Shown: positions 50,762 through 60,850 of the stretch, one piece after another
Layout of the letters: the number at the start of each line of letters is the position of its first letter
Numbering within the stretch: the stretch's first letter is position 1
Origin: Alphaproteobacteria bacterium
GTDB taxonomy: Bacteria; Pseudomonadota; Alphaproteobacteria; UBA828
DNA: 64,000 nt
Direction: 5' to 3'
Assembly: GCA_965237415.1 (NCBI GenBank)
Contig: CBDEFM010000002.1
Coordinates: forward strand, 96,001-160,000
Notes under the pieces: model-generated
The model's input: only the letters and a program-made list of their open reading frames with translations
Told to the model about the DNA's origin: nothing
Database searches by the model: none
Translations under genes and position numbers: made by a program

Positions 50762-52262
50762 GACCGGCCTCCCTCAGGCTGTCATAGCGCTGGCAATCGG
50801 CAACCGGCTGGTGACGAAGTTGCAGGCCCTCGGGCGTCGGGATCGCCGCCGGCGGCGCCGGCTGGCGCTGCCGGGCAAGGATGTTGAGCACGACGTCGGC
50901 GCTGCAGGCGCCGCAGTCGAGCGCCTCGGCGCAGGCCGCCTCGACCGCCTCCAGTCCGTCCTCCTGAACCGCCGCGAGCACCTTGACGAACTGCCGGTCG
51001 CCGTCGTTGTGGCCCGCGAGCCGGGTTCGCAGGCGCCCGAGCGCGTTGGGCAACTGCCAGCCCTTGAAGGGCGCGCCATTGCGCAGCGCGCCGGGCTTCC
51101 TCGTCAGGATCGGCACGTAGTGCCACGGATCGTAGACGAACCGGCCGCGCCCGAAGCTCCGGGGATGCTCGGCGACGATCTCGCCGTCCTGGCGGATGGC
51201 GATCCGATCGGCATAGGCCCGCACGTCCACCGGCCGCCCCACCGCGCGTGCCGCGACGCTGTACTGGTTGTTGTCGAAGCGCACCAGACAGGTCTTGGAA
51301 ACCGCTACCTCAGTGGCATGGAAGCCGTCGAAGGGGCCGCGGTACGCCATCAGGAAGGGCCGCTCCTCCTCGAACACCTGCGACACCGTCTTGCCCTCGA
51401 TCGTCGGATGCGGCCGCTTCTTGGCGTCCTCGATGCACCGATCCATCAGCCACTCGTTGATCTCGGCGTAGGAGCGGCCCCGCGGGCTGGGCACGAACAG
51501 GCGGCCGCGAACGTCACCCACCTGCCTCTCGACCTGCCCCTTCTCCCAGCCAACCCCTGGCGTGCACGCCACAGGCTCGACCAGATGGTGCGAACACATC
51601 TCCTGGAAGCGGCGGTTGTAGTCCCGCTTCTTGCCCACGAACACCGTGCTCACCGCCGTCTTCATGTTGTCGTAGATGCCTCGCCGGCAGACCCCGCCGA
51701 AGAAGCGGAAGGCGCGCTCGTGCGCCTCGAACACCATCTCCTGGCTCTCGCGCGGGAAGATCTGAACCAGCTGCATCCGGCTGTAGCAGAGCCGCATGTG
51801 CGCCGCCTTCACCTTGGTCGTCACACCCGACAGGCGCGCGTACTCGTGGCTCCAGTCGAACTGGTAAGCCTCGCCGGGATCGAAGCTCAGCGGCACAAAG
51901 GCCTGCGACTGCGACAACAGCCGCCACCGGCGCCGCCAGGTCCTGGCATAGCGGCGCACCGCGTCATAGCCGCCGCCATAGCCCAGAGCCCCAAGGTCTT
52001 CATGAATCCGCAGAAGAGACAGCCGATCCTTGCGTGCCTTCTTCTCGTTGGCCTTCAGCTGGCGCTCGAGTTCCTCCACCCACGGCCCCAGCTTCGGCAT
52101 CGGCTGGATCTTGCGCTCGTAGCTGAACGAGGTCTCATCGCCCCGCACCACCTTGCGCACCGTGTTCTTCGAAACCCTCAAATCCCGGGCGATCTTCTTG
52201 ATCGGAACGCCCCTCACCAGATGATCCAGACGGATCTTCGCGATCGTTTCCACAACCAGCAT
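50748..52262 (-). CDS. istA: IS21 transposase IstA
   Basis: [26 protein letters not shown]. Confidence 0.95.
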   Translation of the reverse strand: MLVVETIAKIRLDHLVRGVPIKKIARDLRVSKNTVRKVVRGDETSFSYERKIQPMPKLGPWVEELERQLKANEKKARKDRLSLLRIHEDLGALGYGGGYDAVRRYARTWRRRWRLLSQSQAFVPLSFDPGEAYQFDWSHEYARLSGVTTKVKAAHMRLCYSRMQLVQIFPRESQEMVFEAHERAFRFFGGVCRRGIYDNMKTAVSTVFVGKKRDYNRRFQEMCSHHLVEPVACTPGVGWEKGQVERQVGDVRGRLFVPSPRGRSYAEINEWLMDRCIEDAKKRPHPTIEGKTVSQVFEEERPFLMAYRGPFDGFHATEVAVSKTCLVRFDNNQYSVAARAVGRPVDVRAYADRIAIRQDGEIVAEHPRSFGRGRFVYDPWHYVPILTRKPGALRNGAPFKGWQLPNALGRLRTRLAGHNDGDRQFVKVLAAVQEDGLEAVEAACAEALDCGACSADVVLNILARQRQPAPPAAIPTPEGLQLRHQPVADCQRYDSLREAGHGAS

Positions 52263-52380
52263 CTCCCCCCCACCCCGTCCGTCCAAACGACGAGGTGTGT
52301 TCATGGACACAAACCATGGGGGGTCAAATTTGGACGCCGATCACCCCCAACAGGGGGTCAATTTTCCACGCTTAACAACA

Positions 52381-52592
52381 AGCGGGTTCGCGGCGCCCTG
52401 CACATCCAGACGGTCAACAGCCGCCACAGCCAGATCAAGGGCTTCCTGCGGGGCTTCCGCGGCATCGCCACCGAGTACCTCGACAGCTATCTCAGGTGGT
52501 TCCATCTCATCGAACTCGGCGATCAGCCATCGCCCAGAGCGTGTCTCGAGGCGGCAATGGCCAGACCATGCCTACGCTTCGCTAATTGAGCC
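52381..52592 (+). pseudogene. IS1595-family transposase 3' remnant with end
   Basis: HIQTVNSRHSQIK.FL..FRGIATEYLDSYLRW, followed by end-like CTAATTGAGCC. Confidence 0.8.
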
Positions 52593-52750
52593 TACAAAAT
52601 AGCGTGGGATTTGTCTATCTCCTTGCTATTACTCCATTTTCGCTGGTCGCCAGAATCCTCAATCGAGTCCGCACTCCGCCATTTTCAAAGTGCCGGTCCA
52701 GTACCAACGGGGGCAGGTCAGTGACGCGCGGCTTGACAGGCTCGACAAAA

Positions 52751-52765
52751 GAACAAATAGTGAAC
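52751..52765 (+). promoter_or_regulatory. alphaproteobacterial LexA (SOS) box
   Basis: GAAC-AAATAGT-GAAC just upstream of imuA; TTGACA at 52733. Confidence 0.85.
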
Positions 52766-52769
52766 AACC

Positions 52770-53687
52770 ATGAGCGCCTCCCACCCCATACCCCCGGACC
52801 GAGTCTCTCGCGCGCACGCTGGCACGGCCACGGACATGGCTGGTGCAGCCGCTGTGCCCTCCGCCGTGCCTACCGATCTGGACGCGCTGCGGCGGCGCAT
52901 CGCGGCGCTCGAACGCCGCCCGCCCGCGCTGGAGGGCGCCGCTGACGGAAGCCGCGCGGGGCGGCCCTGGTCGCTCGGCGTCGGCGCTCTGGACGGTGCC
53001 TTGCCGGAGGGGGGCCTCGCGGCGGACGGCCTGCACGAGGCCGCGGGTGCGAGCGCTGCGGACGGGCCGGCGGCGGCTGCCTTTCTCGCGGCGCTGCTGG
53101 CGCGGCGGGTGCGTGGCGGTGAGCGCGCCGGCGAGCGCGGGACTGTGCTGGTCTGCCAGAGCCGGGGTGGGGCCGCCCGCTTCGGCCGCCTCCACGGCCC
53201 GGGCTGGCGCGATCTCGGCCTGGAGCCGGCGGACCTGCTGATCCTCCGCGCCCGCCGCGAGAGGGACGTGCCCTGGGCGATGGAGGAGGGGCTCCGCTGC
53301 GGCGCGCTCGCGGCGGTGCTGGCCGAGGCCGAGGGCATCGAATTCACCGTGAGCCGGCGCCTCGCGCTCGCCGCGGCTGAGGGCGCAACGCCGGCGCTGC
53401 TGCTGCGCCATGACGCGCTCGGCCCGGCGAGCGCGGCGCTGACACGCTGGCGGGTGACGGCGTTGCCGGGCCGGGCCGACCCCTTCGACGAGGGCGCGCC
53501 CGGCCTGCCCCGCTGGCGCCTCGCCCTCGTGCGCGCGCGCGGCGGACGGCCTGCCACATGCGATGTGGAGTGGAACCGTGAGACGGGTGATTTCCGTATG
53601 GCTGCCGCGCTGGCCGATCGACCGGCTACGCCGCGAGCGGGCGCGGTCGAGGCTCCGCGCCGGTCCCGCGCGCTGGGCGGCGGCTGA
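52770..53687 (+). CDS. imuA: ImuA (RecA-like mutagenesis protein)
   Basis: LDGAL.GGL..GLHE, WAMEEGLR, SRRL.LAA, AALTRW; start may be 52836. Confidence 0.9.
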   Translation: MSASHPIPPDRVSRAHAGTATDMAGAAAVPSAVPTDLDALRRRIAALERRPPALEGAADGSRAGRPWSLGVGALDGALPEGGLAADGLHEAAGASAADGPAAAAFLAALLARRVRGGERAGERGTVLVCQSRGGAARFGRLHGPGWRDLGLEPADLLILRARRERDVPWAMEEGLRCGALAAVLAEAEGIEFTVSRRLALAAAEGATPALLLRHDALGPASAALTRWRVTALPGRADPFDEGAPGLPRWRLALVRARGGRPATCDVEWNRETGDFRMAAALADRPATPRAGAVEAPRRSRALGGG

Positions 53688-55383
53688 GGCGGCTAGAGCG
53701 AGTCCGTCCTTGACGGACTCGCGACAGGCCGCGACCGCGGCCCGCCGCTTCTGCGGCGCCCTCGCGGCAGGCGCCGGCCGCAGGCCGGCCGCCGTGAGCG
53801 ACAAAGAGCCAGAGCGTTTCCGTGTGAAACGGAAAGGCTCTGGCGCGGCCGCGCCGGTCCCCTTCGCCCTGGTGGCACCGGGCCGCCGCGGGCCGGTGCT
53901 GTGGGCGGTCAACCGCGAGGCCGGCGCACAGGGGCTGAGGCCCGGCATGCGCCTTGCCGACGCCCGCGCCCTGCACGCGGGCTTCGTCACGGCGCGCGCC
54001 GACCCGGCGGCGGACCGGCAGGGGCTCGAGCGGCTCGCCCTCTGGTGCAACCGCTTCACGCCCTGGTGCGCGGTGGACGGCGAGGACGGGCTGCTGCTCG
54101 ACATCACGGGCTGCGCCCACCTCTTCGGCGGCGAGGCGGCGCTCATGGACGAGATCGCGGCGCGGGTCACCGGCCTCGGCGTCGAGTCCCGTCTCGGCCT
54201 CGCCGACACGCCGGGCGCCGCCTGGGCGCTCGCCCGTTTCGGCCCGGCGGAGACGCGCATCGCCGCACCCGGCGGCGCGAGCACGGCGATCGCGGGCCTC
54301 CCGGTCGAGGCTCTCAGGCTCGCGGCCGAGGATGCCCACCTGCTGCGCCGCCTGGGCCTTACCACCATCGGCGCGGTGGAGGGCCTGCCGCGCGCGTCGC
54401 TCGCCCGCCGCTTCCCCTGCCGGGAGCGGGGGAGCGCGGTGCTCGCGCGCCTCGACCGGGCGCTGGGCCGGCAGGCCGAGCCGATCGTGCCCATGGCCCC
54501 GCCGCCCGCCTGCCTGGAGCGCCTGGCCCTGCTGGAGCCCCTGATCGACCGGGCGGGGCTCGACGCGGCGCTGGCCCGGCTCATGCCCGGACTGGCCGCG
54601 TCCCTGGAGCGGGACGGGCTCGGCGTGCGGCGGCTCGTGCTCTGGTGCTACCGGGTCGACGGCGGCGTGGTCCGGCGCGCGGTCGCCACGGCGCGTGCGA
54701 CAAGGGACGGCGATCACTTGCTGCGCCTCTTCCGGGAGACGCTGGAGACCGTCGACCCCGGCTTCGGAATCGATCTCGCGGCGCTCCACGCCGAGCGCGT
54801 CGAGCCGCTGGCGCCCGCGCAGCTTTCGCTCACCGGGGATAGGCGGAGGCGGGGCGACGTGGACCTGCTGGTCGATCGCCTGCTGGCAAAGCTGGGCGAA
54901 GGCGCCGTCTGCCGTCTGGAGCCGGTCGCCCGCCACAGGCCGGAGCAGGCGGAGCGGGCGGTGACGCCCGGCTGGGAGCCTGTGCCCTGGCGCGAAGCGC
55001 CTCCCGATACGTCCGAGGCGCCCCCCGATGCGCCCGATGCGCCCGCGACGCCCCAACGACCTCAACGGCCCTTCCGCCTGTTCGACCGGCCCGAGCCGGT
55101 GGAGGTGATGGCCGAGGTGCCGGACGGCCCGCCGCTGCTCTTCATCTGGCGGCGGGTGCGCCGCCGCGTCGCCCGCGCCGCCGGGCCCGAGCGCATCGAG
55201 CCGGAATGGTGGGCCGGTGCCGGAGAGCGGGACGAGACGGTGCGCGACTACTACCGTATCGAGGACGCAGACGGCCGGCGCTACTGGCTCTACCGCGCCG
55301 GCCTCTACGGCGATGGTGGGGGCGATGGCGGTGGCGACGCCGGGCGCGCGCCCCGCTGGTACGTGCACGGGCTCTATGGTTAA
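53578..55383 (+). CDS. imuB: ImuB (inactive Y-family polymerase)
   Basis: RRVISVWLPRW, GMRLADARA, LDITGCAHLFGG, GPERIEPEWW, RDYY, WLYR. Confidence 0.92.
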   Translation: MRRVISVWLPRWPIDRLRRERARSRLRAGPARWAAAEAARASPSLTDSRQAATAARRFCGALAAGAGRRPAAVSDKEPERFRVKRKGSGAAAPVPFALVAPGRRGPVLWAVNREAGAQGLRPGMRLADARALHAGFVTARADPAADRQGLERLALWCNRFTPWCAVDGEDGLLLDITGCAHLFGGEAALMDEIAARVTGLGVESRLGLADTPGAAWALARFGPAETRIAAPGGASTAIAGLPVEALRLAAEDAHLLRRLGLTTIGAVEGLPRASLARRFPCRERGSAVLARLDRALGRQAEPIVPMAPPPACLERLALLEPLIDRAGLDAALARLMPGLAASLERDGLGVRRLVLWCYRVDGGVVRRAVATARATRDGDHLLRLFRETLETVDPGFGIDLAALHAERVEPLAPAQLSLTGDRRRRGDVDLLVDRLLAKLGEGAVCRLEPVARHRPEQAERAVTPGWEPVPWREAPPDTSEAPPDAPDAPATPQRPQRPFRLFDRPEPVEVMAEVPDGPPLLFIWRRVRRRVARAAGPERIEPEWWAGAGERDETVRDYYRIEDADGRRYWLYRAGLYGDGGGDGGGDAGRAPRWYVHGLYG

Positions 55384-55407
55384 CGCGCGCGTTTCCGCGC
55401 GACACGG

Positions 55408-58400
55408 ATGACGCTCAAGTCTTCACAGGGCCGGCACGTCGCCTACGCCGAGCTGCAGGCGGTGAGCAACTTCAGCTTTCTGCGCGGCGCCTCCCACGCC
55501 GAGGAACTGGTGGAGCGGGCGGCGGACCTGGGGCTCGCCGCCATCGGCATCGCCGACCGCAACACCCTCGCCGGCGCGGTGCGCGCCCATGTGGCAGCGA
55601 AGGCTGTCGCGGCGAAGGCTGTCGCGGCGAAGGCTGTCGCGGCGAAGGCGGCGGGCCTGCGACTGCTAACCGGCGCGCGGCTCGACCTCGCCTGCGGGTT
55701 CTCGCTCCTCTGCTATCCCCGCGACCGCGCCGCCTACGGCCGCCTTTGCCGTCTTCTCACCCTCGGCCAGCGGCGCGCGGCCAAGGGCGGTTGCGTACTC
55801 CATCTCGACGACGTGACGGCCCACGACGAGGGCCAAGTGCTGATCGCGCTGCCGCCGGACCGCCTGGACGAGAGGGGCGGCGAGGGGGACGGCGGGCCGT
55901 TCGAGGCGGCGCTCGCCGCACTCCGCCGGCGCCATGAGGGCCCGCTCTATCTCGCCACCCACATGCTCTACCGGGGCGACGACGTGAGCCGTCTCAACCG
56001 GCTGGCGGCGCTGGCCGAACGGCACGCGACGCCCCTGGTCGCCACCAACGACGTCCACTATCACGCGCGCAAGCGCCGGCCGCTGCAGGACGTGCTGACC
56101 GCGATCCGCACGCGCGTCCCCGTGGCGCAAGCCGGCTGGCGCCTCGCCGCCAATGCCGAGCGCCACCTCAAGAGCGGGGCCGAGATGGCGCGGCTCTTCC
56201 GGGGCCACGAGGATGCCGTGGCCCGCACCCTGGAGATCGTCGAGCAGTGTACCTTCAGCCTCGACGAGCTGGCCTACGAGTATCCCGACGAGCCGGTGCC
56301 CGCCGGCAGCACGCCGCAGCAGCACCTGGAGGCGCTGACCTGGGAGGGAGCGGAGCAGTGCTATCCCGGCGGCATCCCGGCCAAGGTCCGCCGCGCGCTG
56401 GTGCACGAGCTCGGGCTCATCGCCGAGCTCGGCTACGCGCCCTACTTCCTCACCGTGCACGACATCATGCGCTTCGCCAGGGGGAAGGGCATCCTCTGCC
56501 AGGGGCGGGGGTCGGCCGCCAACTCCGCCGTCTGCTATTGCCTCGGCATCACCGCCGTCGACCCGGCGCAGATCGACCTCCTGTTCGAGCGCTTCGTCTC
56601 GCGCGAGCGGCGCGAGCCCCCCGACATCGACGTCGACTTCGAGCACGAGCGGCGCGAGGAGGTGATCCAGTACATCTACGGCCGCTACGGCCGCGCCCGC
56701 GCAGGCCTCGCCGCCACCGTCATCAGCTACCGGGGGCGGAGCGCGGCGCGGGACGTGGGCAAGGCCATGGGGCTCTCGGAGGACACGGCCGCAGCGCTCG
56801 CCGGCGCGATCCGGGACGTGCACCGGGAGGGCGTCGCCGCGAGCCGCCTGCAAGAGGCCGGCCTCGACCCCGCCGACCCGCTGCTGCGCCAGACCGTGGC
56901 GCTCGCGCGCGCGCTGATCGGCTTTCCCCGCCACCTCTCCCAGCATGTCGGCGGCTTCGTGCTGACCCGCGGGCCGCTGGAGGAGATCGTGCCCATCGGC
57001 AACGGGGCGATGAAGGACCGCACCTTCGTCGAGTGGGACAAGGACGCCCTCGAGGCGCTCGGCCTGATGAAGGTCGACGTGCTGGGGCTCGGCATGCTGA
57101 CCTGCATCCGCAAGTCCTTCGAATTACTGGCCCATCACAAGGGCTTGCATCTGACACTTGCCTCGGTTCCGCAGGACGACCCGGCGGTCTACGACATGCT
57201 GTGCCGGGCCGATACGGTCGGCGTCTTCCAGATCGAGAGCCGGGCGCAGATGAACATGCTGCCGAGGCTCAAGCCCCGCCGCTTCTACGACCTGGTGATC
57301 GAGGTCGCGATCGTGCGCCCCGGCCCGATTCAGGGCGACATGGTGCATCCCTACCTGCGCCGCCGCGACGGGCTGGAGGAGGTGATCTACCCGGCGCCGG
57401 CGCCGGAGCACGGCCCCCCTGACGAGCTGCGCCGGGTGCTTGAAAAAACCCTCGGCGTGCCGCTCTTCCAGGAGCAGGCGATGCGGCTCGCCATGGAGGC
57501 GGCGAAGTTCACGCCGGACGAGGCGGACGCGCTGCGCCGTGCCATGGCCACCTTCCGCCGGCGCGGGACGCTCAGCCTGCTGAAGGAGAAGATGGTGGGG
57601 CGCATGGTGGCGCGCGGCTACGACCCTGAGCTTGCAGAGCGCTGCTTCCGCCAGATCGAGGGGTTCGGGGACTATGGCTTCCCCGAATCCCACGCCGCGA
57701 GCTTCGCGCTCCTGGCCTATGTCTCCTCCTGGCTCAAGTGCTACCACCCCGACGCCTTCGCCTGCGCGCTGCTGAACGCCCAGCCCATGGGCTTCTACGC
57801 CCCCGCCCAGATCGTGCGGGATGCGCGCGAGCACGGCGTCGAAGTGCGCCCGGTGGATGTCAACGCGAGCGGCTGGGACAACAGTCTGGAGGACACGGGA
57901 AAGGGCGTGGGGGAGGGGGGCTGCGCGCTCCGCCTCGGCCTGCGCCAGGTGGGCGGCCTGCGCCAGGAGGATGCGGCACGCATCGTGGACGCGCGCGTCG
58001 CGGACACGCGGTACGTGCCTTATCCCGATCTCGGCACGCTCCGCCACCGCGCCGGGATCTCGGCCTCCGCCATCGAGACCCTGGCGGGGGCCGACGCCTT
58101 CCGCTCCCTAGGCCTCGATCGGCGCCAGGCGCTGTGGCAGGCCCGCGCGCTGGCCAAGGCGCCGCCGCTGCCGCTCTTCGAGGCCGCGGATCAGCGCGAA
58201 GAGGGGAGGGAGCCGGCGGTGGCGCTCCCCGCGATGGCCGACGGCGAGCAGGTGGTGGAGGACTACCGCACGCTCCGCCTCTCGTTGCACGCGCATCCGC
58301 TCGCCTTCCTGCGCGAGCGGCTGGCGGGGCGGGGTGCGCTTGCGGCCGGGGCGATGGCGCGCGCCCGGGACGGAGACCGTGCGGCGGCGGCCGGGCTCGT

Positions 58401-58770
58401 GCTGGTGCGCCAGCGGCCGGGCAGCGCCAAGGGCGTGATCTTCATGACGCTGGAGGACGAGACCGGGACCGTGAACGTGGTCGTCTGGCCCAACATCCTG
58501 GAGCGATACCGCCGGGCGGTGCTGGGCGGGCGCCTCGCGATGGTGCGGGGCCGGGTGCAGCGGGCCGGCGAGATCGTCCATCTGGTCGCAGCCCACGTGG
58601 AGGATCTCACCCACTGGCTCGACCTGCTGACGCCGGATCAAGGCACCGCGCAGCCATCGGCGGAGCACGCCAGGGCGCACGGCGGGCGCGACGGACGGCG
58701 GCCCGCCGCGGCGCCCGCACGCCACCCGCGCAACCAGCGCGTCATCCCGCGCTCACGGGACTTCCGGTGA
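55408..58770 (+). CDS. dnaE2: error-prone DNA polymerase DnaE2 (ImuC)
   Basis: SNFSFLRGAS, GRGSAANS, PPDIDVD, YGFPESH, C-terminal SRDFR. Confidence 0.97.
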   Translation: MTLKSSQGRHVAYAELQAVSNFSFLRGASHAEELVERAADLGLAAIGIADRNTLAGAVRAHVAAKAVAAKAVAAKAVAAKAAGLRLLTGARLDLACGFSLLCYPRDRAAYGRLCRLLTLGQRRAAKGGCVLHLDDVTAHDEGQVLIALPPDRLDERGGEGDGGPFEAALAALRRRHEGPLYLATHMLYRGDDVSRLNRLAALAERHATPLVATNDVHYHARKRRPLQDVLTAIRTRVPVAQAGWRLAANAERHLKSGAEMARLFRGHEDAVARTLEIVEQCTFSLDELAYEYPDEPVPAGSTPQQHLEALTWEGAEQCYPGGIPAKVRRALVHELGLIAELGYAPYFLTVHDIMRFARGKGILCQGRGSAANSAVCYCLGITAVDPAQIDLLFERFVSRERREPPDIDVDFEHERREEVIQYIYGRYGRARAGLAATVISYRGRSAARDVGKAMGLSEDTAAALAGAIRDVHREGVAASRLQEAGLDPADPLLRQTVALARALIGFPRHLSQHVGGFVLTRGPLEEIVPIGNGAMKDRTFVEWDKDALEALGLMKVDVLGLGMLTCIRKSFELLAHHKGLHLTLASVPQDDPAVYDMLCRADTVGVFQIESRAQMNMLPRLKPRRFYDLVIEVAIVRPGPIQGDMVHPYLRRRDGLEEVIYPAPAPEHGPPDELRRVLEKTLGVPLFQEQAMRLAMEAAKFTPDEADALRRAMATFRRRGTLSLLKEKMVGRMVARGYDPELAERCFRQIEGFGDYGFPESHAASFALLAYVSSWLKCYHPDAFACALLNAQPMGFYAPAQIVRDAREHGVEVRPVDVNASGWDNSLEDTGKGVGEGGCALRLGLRQVGGLRQEDAARIVDARVADTRYVPYPDLGTLRHRAGISASAIETLAGADAFRSLGLDRRQALWQARALAKAPPLPLFEAADQREEGREPAVALPAMADGEQVVEDYRTLRLSLHAHPLAFLRERLAGRGALAAGAMARARDGDRAAAAGLVLVRQRPGSAKGVIFMTLEDETGTVNVVVWPNILERYRRAVLGGRLAMVRGRVQRAGEIVHLVAAHVEDLTHWLDLLTPDQGTAQPSAEHARAHGGRDGRRPAAAPARHPRNQRVIPRSRDFR
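55597..55649 (+). repeat. in-frame 15-bp tandem repeat (AKAVA x3.5) in dnaE2
   Basis: GCGAAGGCTGTCGCG x3 followed by GCGAAGGC. Confidence 0.9.
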
Positions 58771-58855
58771 GGGCCGGCGCGATCAATCAAGCCACGACGA
58801 GGGCACCGAATATGCACTTGACACCATATGCTTTCAAGGACATGTAGGGATTGTG

Positions 58856-59182
58856 ATGACCGTAAGCCTTGAGACCATGATGGCGAGGCTCGACCCCGAG
58901 CGACGCCGCAAGATCGAGGAGCGGGCGGCCGAGCTCATCGCCGAGGAAATGACCCTGCGCGAGTTGCGCAAGGCGCGGCAGCTCACCCAGGCGCGCGTCG
59001 CGGCCGAGCTCGGCATCAGCCAGGACGGCGTCTCCCGCCTCGAGCAGCGCAGCGATTTCCTGCTCTCGACCTTGCGAAAGACCGTGGAGGCCATGGGCGG
59101 CAGCCTCTCGCTCATCGCGAGATTTCCCAACCGTCCGCCCGTCGAGCTGTCGGGCATCGCCGAGAGCGACCCACGCGACTGA
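58856..59182 (+). CDS. XRE/HigA-type HTH antitoxin (orphan)
   Basis: LRELRKARQLTQ..VA..LGISQ..VSRLE.R.D..LSTL. Confidence 0.88.
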   Translation: MTVSLETMMARLDPERRRKIEERAAELIAEEMTLRELRKARQLTQARVAAELGISQDGVSRLEQRSDFLLSTLRKTVEAMGGSLSLIARFPNRPPVELSGIAESDPRD

Positions 59183-59296
59183 CGCTCGGGGCGAACGCAC
59201 GCCCAGACGCCGGCAAGCCCGCAAGGCTTGCCGTCTGCGTCCCCCGATGGTTCGTTAGGGTCCGAGCACGATCACACATTTCCGGAAGAAGGGCCC

Positions 59297-60589
59297 ATGA
59301 ACTTCGACATTGGCGACAAGGCGAAAGAGGTACGCGACCAGGTGGCGGCCTTCATGGAAGCGCACGTCTACCCCAATGAAGAGGAGATGTTCGCGCAGAT
59401 CGACGAGGGCGACCGCTGGCAGCCGATCGCGCTGCTCGAAGAGCTGAAGGCGAAGGCCAGGGCCGAGGGGCTCTGGAACCTGTTCCTGCCCGAGAGCGCG
59501 TACGGCGCCGGGCTCTCCAACCTCGACTACGCGCCCGCTTGCGAGGAGATGGGGCGCTCCCACTTCGCGCCCGAGGTCTTCAACTGCTCGGCGCCCGATA
59601 CCGGCAACATGGAGGTGCTGGTCCGCTACGGCACCGAGGCGCAGCGCGCGGCGTGGCTCACGCCGCTGCTCGCCGGCGAGATCCGCTCCGCCTTCGCCAT
59701 GACCGAGGTCGAGGTCGCGTCCTCCGACGCCACCAATATCGAGACCCGAATCGAGCGGGATGGCGCGGACTACGTCATCAACGGCCGCAAGTGGTGGACC
59801 TCGGGCGCGCTCGACCCCCGCTGCCGTATCCTGATCGTCATGGGCAAGACCGACCCGGAGAACCCCGACCGCCATAAGCAGCAGTCGATGATCCTGGTGC
59901 CGCTGCCTTGGCCCGGCGTCACGGTGAAGCGCATGCTGCCGGTCTTCGGCTTCGACGACGCGCCGCACGGCCACGGCGAGGTGCTGTTCGAGAACGCGCG
60001 CGTGCCGGCGGAGAACATGCTGCTGGGCGAGGGCCGGGGCTTCGAGATCGCGCAGGGGCGCCTCGGGCCGGGGCGCATCCACCATTGCATGCGCCTGATC
60101 GGGCTTGCCGAGCGCGCGCTTGAGCGCATGTGCCGGCGCACCATGATGCGCGTCACCTTCGGCAAGCCGGTCGCGGACCGGACCGTGACGCAGGAGCGGA
60201 TCGCCGACGCCCGCATCATGATCGAGCAGTCCCGCCTGCTCACGCTGAGGGCCGCCTACATGATGGACACGGTCGGCAACAAGACCGCGCGTAAGGAGAT
60301 CGCGATGATCAAGGTGGCCGCGCCCATCATGGCCTGCAAGGTGATCGACTGGGCGATCCAGGCCTTCGGCGGCGCGGGCGTGACCACCGACTACGGCCTC
60401 GCCTACGCCTACGCCAACGCGCGCCTGCTGCGCCTCGCCGACGGGCCGGACGAGGTGCACCGCAACCAGATCGCCCGCCTCGAGCTCAGGCCCTACCGCA
60501 ACACGGTGAGCGCGCGGGGCGGCAACGCCTTCGTCATGCCGCGCGACGAGGAACCCGGTCCAAGCACGCGCCCCCGCCTCGTGGTGTAG
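59297..60589 (+). CDS. acyl-CoA dehydrogenase
   Basis: [42 protein letters not shown]. Confidence 0.95.
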   Translation: MNFDIGDKAKEVRDQVAAFMEAHVYPNEEEMFAQIDEGDRWQPIALLEELKAKARAEGLWNLFLPESAYGAGLSNLDYAPACEEMGRSHFAPEVFNCSAPDTGNMEVLVRYGTEAQRAAWLTPLLAGEIRSAFAMTEVEVASSDATNIETRIERDGADYVINGRKWWTSGALDPRCRILIVMGKTDPENPDRHKQQSMILVPLPWPGVTVKRMLPVFGFDDAPHGHGEVLFENARVPAENMLLGEGRGFEIAQGRLGPGRIHHCMRLIGLAERALERMCRRTMMRVTFGKPVADRTVTQERIADARIMIEQSRLLTLRAAYMMDTVGNKTARKEIAMIKVAAPIMACKVIDWAIQAFGGAGVTTDYGLAYAYANARLLRLADGPDEVHRNQIARLELRPYRNTVSARGGNAFVMPRDEEPGPSTRPRLVV

Positions 60590-60734
60590 GTGGCGGCGCC
60601 CACCTCCCCCTGACTCGTTCATATCCCTCAACGGCGGGCGCGAGTAACGTGCTCCCGCGCGCGTGTAAACGCGCGACGCTCGCTTGCCTACGCGCATACG
60701 CGCGCGGCGCAGTCGCGCCGTCCGGGCCTGCGGC

Positions 60735-60826
60735 CCGGCAGGGCGGAGAGGGAACGTAGGCGGCATCGGGACGCACTCTCCCTCTCCTCCCCGCCGGGGA
60801 GGAGAGGGCCGGGGTGAGGTGGGGTG
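60735..60826. repeat. REP-like palindromic element between convergent genes
   Basis: CCCTCTCCTCCCC-GCC-GGGGAGGAGAGGG (60780-60808) followed by GGTGAGG; partial half at 60735-60755. Confidence 0.7.
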
Positions 60827-60850
60827 TGGCTAGCGGCTCGACCCTGCCGC

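Larger units (their letters stand above)
49831..52380 (-). mobile_element. IS21-family insertion sequence
   Basis: TGT...ACA ends with repeated TGACCCCC/GGGGGTCA boxes; istA/istB inside; no flanking target duplication. Confidence 0.92.
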
